64,000 nucleotides of DNA from NCBI GenBank assembly GCA_031275485.1, contig JAISOS010000033.1, positions 207 through 64,206 on the forward strand, given 5' to 3'. The position numbers were made by a program, and so were the translations under genes. This document shows, piece after piece, positions 56,848 through 64,000 of this stretch; within the stretch, counting starts at the first letter, position 1; every line of letters starts with the position of its first letter. The stretch is from Clostridiales bacterium. GTDB lineage: Bacteria; Bacillota; Clostridia; Christensenellales; JAISNN01. The notes beneath the pieces were generated by a model. It did no database searches and had not been told where the DNA came from. It was given only the letters and a program-made list of their open reading frames with translations.

Positions 56848-59800
56848 TCATTCTAACACGATAGTTTTGATCTCGTAAGGCTTAAATTCCACCGCGTCAA
56901 GATTCAGCTCGCCGTAGACCGTGTTCTCAAGCATATCGGTTTCGTATGCTTTTTTATAGGCGAAGCCCGTTTTTATGCCCGCCGTTACGCCCGCGCCGCT
57001 ATTCTCGAACAATCTAAGCACGGTTTTCGTGCCGTCGAAAGACGGCTTGACGGTTTCTACGACGATATTTTTGCGACCGGCGAGAACGGCCGTATCAATT
57101 TTGACCGCCTTTTCCGTAACAATCGGCGGATTATTCAAAAAATAACCCAGCTCGACCGTTTTTCCGTCGAACGCGCCGCCCTCGTGAGGGTAGAGCGCGT
57201 AGGTGAAATTGTGCCTGCCTATGTCGGCTTTTCTATCCGGATATTTCGGCGAACGCAAAAGGTTCAGGCTGATGAGCCCGTTTTTTACCCTGTGTCCGTA
57301 TTTGCAATCGTTTAACAGCGATACGCCGAAGCCCTTTTTCGCGTCGGACACATCCGTCCATTTGTGCGCGCAAACCTCGAACTGCGCGTAGTCGCGCTCC
57401 GCTACCGTACCCGTATTACGCTCGATATTCCCGAATTGCACGTCGAACCGCGCCTTGTCCGAAAACGCCGACGGATAAAAATCCGCTCTCAGCATTTTGT
57501 GCGACGCGCTCCAATCCGCCTCCGTCTCGAAGAGAATATAGTCCGCGTCTTTTTTCAGCACGACGCGCTGGCGTATGCGCGCCGCGCCGAATTTATACTC
57601 GGATTCCCTTACGACCGCCGCGCCGTCGATATAGCTTTTCGCTTTTCTCTCGTCGAGATAATATTTAGCTTTTTCCGGATATTTGATATCTATATCCCAT
57701 GCGTCGTAAAACTTTCTGCTGTCAGTATAAATTACCAGTCTGTTGAACATTTTGTTCGCGTACTCTATGCCATTCCGCTTGCCGCGCACCGACGAAATAT
57801 AGCCCGCACCCGAAAAGCGCACCTCCAATTCGGAGTTTTCTATCACGCTTTCCTCCGACTTGCCGTAGAATTTCAGAGCGGTCTCGGGCACGCGCGGCAC
57901 GGGCTTTAATTCCGCGGAGGCGTAAGGCATAATCTCCGCCTTGTACCACTTCCCTTCGTGCTTTATATATTCGTCCATGATAAACGGCGCGGCGTTGACT
58001 GCGTAGAGCGCGTCTTCCCTTTCCGCGTTCCGCTTATTTTCGCCGTCGGACAACACTGCACAATTTTTATCTTGCCCACTTCCGCCTCCCGATAATTCTG
58101 CGTTTCTCCCGTTATCCGAACGCTCCGAATCGGCAAAATCCGCAACTTTGACCGACGTAACGAATTTGTCGAATCCGGTAAGCTTACCGGCATCGCCGTT
58201 ATCCTCGCCGGCGTTCTCCGCGATATAGCTCAGCAACTCCTCGCGTATGTCGGAAAGCCCTGCGAAAATCTCCTTGTAACGTTCCGCCGTCTCCTTGTAG
58301 ACGCGGTTTATGGACGAACCGGGTAGCACGTCGTGGAACTGATAGAGCAGAACCTCCTTCCAAAGCACGTCCAAACGCGGACGCAACTCCGACACGGAGT
58401 ATCCCCGAGCGGCGGCGGTCGCCGCCAAAAATTCGACGTTATGAAAGGCGGTCTCGGCGCGTCTGTTCGCAAGCTTATTTTTCGCCTGCGTGGTGAGCGT
58501 CCCCTGATGCTTTTCCAAATACAACTCGCCCTTATAATGATTAAGCGAGACCTCGTATTTCTCAAGTTCCTTGAAAAACGTCAACGCCGCGCTCTCCTTT
58601 ATCGGCGGTAGCCCCTTTACGCCGCCGTCCTTCGTCAGTCTTTTCATAAACTCCAGATGTATCTCGTTCGGTCCGCCGCCGCCGTCGCCTATGCCGTAAG
58701 GGAGCAAAGCGACGGGCGCCCTGTCTTTTTCCTTGTATTTGAAAAACGCTTGCAAAAACGCTTCGGGACTCGCGTCGCTGTTGTAAGTCCCCTCGGGCGG
58801 TATGTGCGCAAGCACCGCGCTGCCGTCCAAAGCCTCCCATACGAAAGAATTGTAAGGAAATTCGGTCTGCTCGTTCCAAGTCATTTTTATCGTCATAAAA
58901 TAGTCCAATCCGGTCTTTTTGGCTATTTGCGGCAACTGCGCCGAAAAGCCGAACGTGTCTCCCAGCCAAAGCGTCCTTACGTCCGTTCCAAAGTCCTCCT
59001 TAAAAAACTTTTTGCCGTAATAAACCTGACGTATAAGCGATTCGCCCGACGTCATATTTACGTCCGGCTCCGTCCACATACCGCCCTGCAATTCTATCCT
59101 TCCGTCTTTTACCGCCCGCTTTATTCTCCCGTACAATTCGGGGTGATTATCCTTCATCCACTCGAATTGCTGAGGCTGACTCGATCCGAAAACATAGCCG
59201 CCGTATTTTTCAAAATTTTTCAAAGCGGAGGCGTATGTACGCGCCGATTTTCTCTTTGTCTCGCGAAGAGGCCACAGCCATATAAGATCGAGATGGGCGT
59301 GTCCCACGGCGTAGAGCGTAAACCTCTTCAAATCGCTCTTTTTCTCAAGCTCTGCGGACACGAGAGCTTTCGCCTCCACAACGCCCGCCTCGCCGCCCGA
59401 CACTGCCGCCCTGTACGCGGCGTCCAACACCTTTTTCAGCCTCCCGCGTTCCGCGTTCCCGTCGTTTAAAGATATGCAGAGCATAAAGACCGTAACGTAG
59501 TCGTAATAGAATTCCTTAGCGAAATCGTCCGTCTCGCAAAGTTCGGCGCGCATAAGCTTCGCCTTGCCGTCGAATCTGCCGTCGCGCCCGTTGTCGCCCG
59601 CGTCTATTAGCAAAGACACCGTCTCGCCGCCAACGGACGACTCGGTTATTTCCACGGTCTTTTTGGCTATCAGCGGCTGCAACATATCTATGCCCGCCGT
59701 CTTGTGCGTCAGTCCCTGCACGGGCGCGCCGTTCTCGAAAATACAGCCCTCGCCGCCTATGTCTACGACGGCGGTTATGTGCTTGCCGACACAGTTATCG

Positions 59801-60033
59801 GGAACCTTTCCCGAGACGCGGAACCACGCGCATTTGAATAAGCCGCCCCACGGCTCGCCCTTTTTTATGGGCGCGAATTTGCATTCGTCTATGTTCGCGT
59901 AAGGCACGGGCTCGTCCGTCGCGAAATATTCCGCGCTAAGCTCCGCTACGGGCTTATAAATAAGCTGTTTCAGCTTCATTAGCTTAGGCAAAAACGGCAA
60001 CGCGGCAAGCGTTCTTTTCGGATTGATAAACAT
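56848..60033 (-). CDS. GH38 alpha-mannosidase
   Basis: About 1061 aa with GHAHLDLIWLWP, WLGDTFG and downstream GH38 central and C-terminal regions. ATG 60033 follows a GAGAGGGA SD. Confidence 0.9.
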   Translation of the reverse strand: MFINPKRTLAALPFLPKLMKLKQLIYKPVAELSAEYFATDEPVPYANIDECKFAPIKKGEPWGGLFKCAWFRVSGKVPDNCVGKHITAVVDIGGEGCIFENGAPVQGLTHKTAGIDMLQPLIAKKTVEITESSVGGETVSLLIDAGDNGRDGRFDGKAKLMRAELCETDDFAKEFYYDYVTVFMLCISLNDGNAERGRLKKVLDAAYRAAVSGGEAGVVEAKALVSAELEKKSDLKRFTLYAVGHAHLDLIWLWPLRETKRKSARTYASALKNFEKYGGYVFGSSQPQQFEWMKDNHPELYGRIKRAVKDGRIELQGGMWTEPDVNMTSGESLIRQVYYGKKFFKEDFGTDVRTLWLGDTFGFSAQLPQIAKKTGLDYFMTIKMTWNEQTEFPYNSFVWEALDGSAVLAHIPPEGTYNSDASPEAFLQAFFKYKEKDRAPVALLPYGIGDGGGGPNEIHLEFMKRLTKDGGVKGLPPIKESAALTFFKELEKYEVSLNHYKGELYLEKHQGTLTTQAKNKLANRRAETAFHNVEFLAATAAARGYSVSELRPRLDVLWKEVLLYQFHDVLPGSSINRVYKETAERYKEIFAGLSDIREELLSYIAENAGEDNGDAGKLTGFDKFVTSVKVADFADSERSDNGRNAELSGGGSGQDKNCAVLSDGENKRNAEREDALYAVNAAPFIMDEYIKHEGKWYKAEIMPYASAELKPVPRVPETALKFYGKSEESVIENSELEVRFSGAGYISSVRGKRNGIEYANKMFNRLVIYTDSRKFYDAWDIDIKYPEKAKYYLDERKAKSYIDGAAVVRESEYKFGAARIRQRVVLKKDADYILFETEADWSASHKMLRADFYPSAFSDKARFDVQFGNIERNTGTVAERDYAQFEVCAHKWTDVSDAKKGFGVSLLNDCKYGHRVKNGLISLNLLRSPKYPDRKADIGRHNFTYALYPHEGGAFDGKTVELGYFLNNPPIVTEKAVKIDTAVLAGRKNIVVETVKPSFDGTKTVLRLFENSGAGVTAGIKTGFAYKKAYETDMLENTVYGELNLDAVEFKPYEIKTIVLE

Positions 60034-60545
60034 AATAAAGTCCCTCTCTTTTTTTCTTTTTTTCACGTCGGCGGCGACGGTTTTTTATTTTTTTTATAAA
60101 AATTCGTTTTTGTTTTTAACGGCGTTTTTTTGTTTTTCGGAGAGATTGCGAATTTTCGCGATAACGCGATAAAAAATAACACCCCGTAAGTCTATTTTAT
60201 TCGCCGCGAAAATCCGACCCCGGGGGGTTATACGAATTCGTCTTTTTGAAATTTATTTATAATTATAACATAAAATTTTAAAAAAAACAAGCAAATTTTT
60301 ATCCGCGGTATACTGGCGCTTTTATACCGGCTAAACTTTTAAATCACACGCCGCGTAATTCGGGAGAAATTTTAAGCCGGTTTCAAATCGGACGGAGATA
60401 CCCGCCTTTTAACGCCGTCACAGCGAAGAACTTTAAAACGCTTTATATTTTAAAGCCGCGATAACTCGGTCTTTTAAATTACGCTCCGTGTAGTTTAAAA
60501 GTTCGTTCGCCATATAACCGTCGTAAAGTTGATTTTTTGTTTTTT

Positions 60546-60614
60546 AAAATCATGCGGGGAAGCCTTTTGTTCACAAAAGGCTTCCCCGCTATCGCCCGTT
60601 TATAAAAAACTTCG
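60546..60614 (-). repeat. REP1 hairpin element
   Basis: aaaatcatgcggggaagcctttt-gttcac-aaaaggcttccccgctatcgcccgtttataaaaaacttcg. The only copy whose TAATTT arm points away from the nearest CDS end. Confidence 0.7.
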
Positions 60615-60660
60615 GCAATATAATTATGCAAATAACGCCCGACGCCGCTTCCGAAAAACT

Positions 60661-62097
60661 TTATAATTTTTTATACGGAAACATCCTTCTAAACGGTTTA
60701 CGAACGTCGCGCCAAGCGCCCGCGCCGTAAACCTTTACGGTTTTTAAATACGGCTCGCCGCGGCACCGAGTGACGTCGATTATAAGGTTGTCGGTCTCGG
60801 TTTCCTCGAATATCGCAATTTTGTTAAAGCCTATGACCGTACCGGAAAACAACTTTTTTTTCATTCCGTCCTTTATCGTCGATATCTCGAATTTTTCCAC
60901 GCGTTGCGAAAAATCCGTGTCCTCGGCTATTCTCGCGCGATCTATCGCTCGGCGGTCGAATCGGAGCGTCAATTCGTATGAATCGGCGGGCTTTTCGGGT
61001 GAAAAGACGCCGCCGCAAAGGAGGTTTTCCGCACCGGAACCGTCCTTTGCCCCGCCGGCGTATTCTGCGGATTTCAACTTAATTTCCAGAGCGTTTTCGC
61101 GCCTTATCCACCCGCCGATTTCCTCCAATCTTTTCACGTCTTTTTTGTGAAAAAGCCCGTTTCTGTCGGGCGGTATATTGAGCAGCAAAAGGCAGTTACC
61201 GCCCGCCGTGCCGTAATAGACGCGCATAAGCTCGTCCGTTTTTTTGACCGCGAAATTTTGCCGCGGATGATAGAACCAGCCGGGTCTTATCGACACGTCC
61301 GCTTCGGCGGGATACCAGATAAATTTGTCAAAGCCGCTCAAAAATTCACGACTGCCCATATCCTCTCTCAAAACGTCCTCGCACCTCTTTAAGGCTTGCG
61401 TTTTTTTGAAGTTTTGTTTGCCGAAATCGAATTCGGGCACGACGTTCCATTCGGACTCTCTCGCCCGCCCCTTTTCGTTGCCCACCCACCTCACGTCCGG
61501 CGCGCAATTTGAAAGAATGATATCGGGCTGATATTTGAGGGCGGTCGCGTAAATCCGCTCGAAATCGTATTCCTGTTCGGGCTTGCCGTCGAGCGCCGCG
61601 CCGCAAGCGCCGTCTATCCACAGCATAAAAATTTTGCCGTACCCCGTCAGCAGCTCCGTCAGCTGCCGTATATAGAAATCCGTATATTTATCGGCGCCGT
61701 AAAGAGGGCAGTTCCTGTCCCACGGCGAGAGATATATCCCGAATTTCAAGCCGTATTTTTCGCACGCCGCGCTAAGCTCCGCGACAACGTCGCCGCCGCC
61801 GTTCTTATACGGCGAGTTTTTTACGCAATGCTCCGTGGTCTCCGTCCGCCAAAGACAAAAGCCGTCGTGATGCTTGGCGGTAAGGACGACTCCCTTCATT
61901 TCCGCAGCCTTTATTGCGCGGCACCATTGCTCCGCGTCGAGCCTTTTCGGATTGAATACGGCGGGATTTTCTCTACCCGTGCCCCATTCTCTGCCCGTGA
62001 AGGTGTTCACCGAAAAATGCACGAACGCGTAAAAGCCGATCTCTTGCGCGAGCTTTTGTCTGCGGTTCGGCGTAACCGACGTATAAATGTCCGACAT
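60661..62097 (-). CDS. GH29 alpha-L-fucosidase
   Basis: FYAFVHFSVNTFTGREWG, TAKHHDGFCLW and LWIDGA motifs. GGAGAAA SD. Confidence 0.9.
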   Translation of the reverse strand: MSDIYTSVTPNRRQKLAQEIGFYAFVHFSVNTFTGREWGTGRENPAVFNPKRLDAEQWCRAIKAAEMKGVVLTAKHHDGFCLWRTETTEHCVKNSPYKNGGGDVVAELSAACEKYGLKFGIYLSPWDRNCPLYGADKYTDFYIRQLTELLTGYGKIFMLWIDGACGAALDGKPEQEYDFERIYATALKYQPDIILSNCAPDVRWVGNEKGRARESEWNVVPEFDFGKQNFKKTQALKRCEDVLREDMGSREFLSGFDKFIWYPAEADVSIRPGWFYHPRQNFAVKKTDELMRVYYGTAGGNCLLLLNIPPDRNGLFHKKDVKRLEEIGGWIRRENALEIKLKSAEYAGGAKDGSGAENLLCGGVFSPEKPADSYELTLRFDRRAIDRARIAEDTDFSQRVEKFEISTIKDGMKKKLFSGTVIGFNKIAIFEETETDNLIIDVTRCRGEPYLKTVKVYGAGAWRDVRKPFRRMFPYKKL

Positions 62098-62129
62098 AAC
62101 ATAATTTCTCCGAATTTTTTTATTTTTTT

Positions 62130-62194
62130 ATTCTACGCGGGGGAAACCTTTCGTGAACAAAAGGTTTCCCCCGCGCCCCTTTCTAAAAAACTTC
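62130..62194 (-). repeat. REP1 hairpin element (near consensus)
   Basis: attctacgcgggggaaaccttt-cgtgaac-aaaaggtttcccccgcgcccctttctaaaaaacttc. Lies 33 bp upstream of the fucosidase ATG. Confidence 0.8.
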
Positions 62195-62259
62195 TATATT
62201 TTACAGCCCTTACGGATTTAAAGCGAGAGAATACGGTCGTTGATTTTTCGCCTAAACGG

Positions 62260-62366
62260 AAAAGGTTCTTCCCAGTATTCGGCAATGCGGAAAACGGTTC
62301 TTTTTTTCGCTTTACGGCGAAAAAATCGGCATTAAAACCGCGCGATTCCGATTCATAACGGTCATA
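62260..62366 (+). repeat. R2 dispersed repeat (~107 bp)
   Basis: aaaaggttcttcccagtattcggcaatgcggaaaacggttcttttttt..tttacggcgaaaaaat..cgcgattccgattcataacggtcata. Collinear with 39574-39680. Confidence 0.6.
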
Positions 62367-62530
62367 GGCGCGCCGCGCTTTTACGGCGGGAGCCACGGCA
62401 CGAGGACATGATAATCAAGTGTCGGTTGAAACTCCTTTTTATTTTACTTAAAAATGATTACTCTTTTATTTTTCGTGTTTTTTATTTTCATATAAATAAT
62501 ACCGGTTTTTTTCGGCATACTAAAAGCATT

Positions 62531-64000
62531 ATGAAAAATTTTTATGATTACGGCAAAAATATCAATTCTCAAGGCTTTGATAACGCCCAAAACGACGCGG
62601 TTTTGAAATTCCGAAAAAAATCGGCGCGCGGCGGCGAAAACGACGCTATGTTCAACCCGTCCGACGATTCGGCGGCGGTATTCGATTCCGGCTCGGGTTT
62701 CTCCCGCGACAGCGTCTATTCCCCCGCGTCCGCCGCGTCGGCATACGAAAACGACGAATCCGTTCTTGACGCGGGCTCGGGCTTCGACAACGCCCTCGGA
62801 AAAGCCGCCGCCGAACCGGCGGAAAACGGCGGTTTTTTACCGCGTGAAAACGCAAGTTCCGAGAATTTTGACGGCGGCTCCGCGAAAAGCCGAAATACCG
62901 TCTATTCGTTCGCCGCAAGCTCGCCGAATCCGTGGACGGAAGCCGATCTTCCGCCGCGCGAAGACGCCGAATTTTTTTACGGCTCGGAAAGCCCCGACGC
63001 GCGGAGTTTCGAGGCGGCGGTCTATTACGATACGGATGAAGACGAGGATTTCGCCGACTCCGGTAAATTCGGGAAAAAAGCGAAAAACTCAGACGGCGGC
63101 GATATTAACGCAAACTCGGATAAGACCGGCTCAAACGCTGATAACGGCAATACTGACATTAATACAAATTCCGATACTGCGGACGCAAGCGGTATAATAT
63201 ACGGACATGGTTCCGACGACGAATCCCGCGCGTCGCAAACCGCGCGAAAAATATTGTTCATTATAGGCGCGTCGGACGGAATCGGTAAGCATACGGCGGA
63301 GCTTTTTCTCGAAAAGGGCTACGCGGTATATAACGGCTCGCGCACGCCTTGCTACGCGGACGGCGTGAGAAATATAACTCTTGATGCCGCCGAGCCGACG
63401 ACGGTAGATGCGGCGGTAAACGAAATCATCGCGCGCGAGGGGCGCATAGACACGCTGATTTATTCCGCGGGCTTCTCGCTGTCCGCACCTTTGGAACACA
63501 CGGCGGAAAGTGATTACAGATACCTTTTCGAGGTGAATTTTTTCGGCTTTGCGCGCGCCGCAAAAAACGTAATTCCTCATATGCGGGCGGCGGGCGGCGG
63601 CAAAATAATCGCCGTAAGCTCTATGGGCGGCATATTCCCGATAGCTTTCGACTGCTTTTACAGCGCGAGTAAGGCGGCTCTCAATATGTTCGTAAAAAGC
63701 CTCGCTATAGAAGTGGAGCCTTACGGTATAAAAGTTTCCGCGCTAATGCCGGGCGGGACGGCGACGGGCTTCACACGCAAGCGCAAGATTTATCCGCCCG
63801 CCCTCGCGGGCATATATGAAAAACAGATATCGAAAGCCAACGCCGCGCTCGCCGACGACGAACGGAACGGTATGCCGCCCGTAAAGGTCGCCGCCGCGCT
63901 GCTTGCCGCCGCCGAGAGCGAAAATCCTCCGCATACCGACGCGGTTGGCTTAAAAAACAAGGCGCTCGCCGCCGCCGACAAACTTCTGCCCGAAACCCTG
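62531..64000 (+). CDS. short-chain dehydrogenase/reductase with ~240-aa low-complexity N-terminal region (3' end outside window)
   Basis: Open frame from ATG 62531 to the window edge, not in the ORF track because it has no stop. The SDR part starts about 63248 (ILFIIGASDGIGKH, GRIDTLIYSAG, YSASKAAL). Start codon is uncertain. Confidence 0.7.
   Translation, partial: MKNFYDYGKNINSQGFDNAQNDAVLKFRKKSARGGENDAMFNPSDDSAAVFDSGSGFSRDSVYSPASAASAYENDESVLDAGSGFDNALGKAAAEPAENGGFLPRENASSENFDGGSAKSRNTVYSFAASSPNPWTEADLPPREDAEFFYGSESPDARSFEAAVYYDTDEDEDFADSGKFGKKAKNSDGGDINANSDKTGSNADNGNTDINTNSDTADASGIIYGHGSDDESRASQTARKILFIIGASDGIGKHTAELFLEKGYAVYNGSRTPCYADGVRNITLDAAEPTTVDAAVNEIIAREGRIDTLIYSAGFSLSAPLEHTAESDYRYLFEVNFFGFARAAKNVIPHMRAAGGGKIIAVSSMGGIFPIAFDCFYSASKAALNMFVKSLAIEVEPYGIKVSALMPGGTATGFTRKRKIYPPALAGIYEKQISKANAALADDERNGMPPVKVAAALLAAAESENPPHTDAVGLKNKALAAADKLLPETL

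Noticed and set aside
2825-62194. REP1 copies as plain Rho-independent terminators
   Set aside because: About half of the copies lie 19-35 bp upstream of start codons. In the 3' orientation the stem is followed by CCCCUUUCCAAAA rather than a U-tract. A terminator role may be part of the story but does not explain the placement.

Overview
64-kb chromosomal segment that looks like a spore-forming Firmicute, probably Clostridia-like. That placement is inferred from sleB-ypeB, spoIIR, dpaA/dpaB, adhE, gcvT-H-PA-PB and feoB. I call about 44 CDS, mostly on the minus strand. Nearly all are ordinary housekeeping, sporulation or carbohydrate genes: pnp, rpsO, smc, ftsY, holA, tadA, cdaA, pyrR-B-C-F, citrate synthase, GH38 and GH29, one OmpR-type two-component pair and a PadR module. 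I saw no rRNA or tRNA genes, CRISPR array, prophage or recognisable defence island, and no convincing novel protein system.

The unusual part is the non-coding architecture. Intergenic regions are inflated and filled by three repeat types:
- REP1, a ~65-bp polar hairpin repeat with 24 full and 5 truncated copies. Its TAATTT arm faces the nearest CDS boundary in 28 of 29 cases, so single genes are bracketed by inverted copies.
- Strand-asymmetric T-tract arrays, including 132-bp and 57-bp tandem repeats.
- R2, a second dispersed repeat of ~107 bp.

Other notable items:
- a 509-bp miniature IS1-like element with 24-bp inverted repeats
- an SDR pseudogene wedged between rpsO and pnp
- an S15 gene with a ~150-aa acidic N-terminal extension
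- in-frame duplications and insertions in gcvPB, dpaA and feoB
- a cytidylate-kinase-like protein fused to a ParB/Srx-like domain
- two Rex-box-like sites upstream of adhE

All calls come from by-eye motif recognition on the sequence and the ORF track. No database searches or computations were run.
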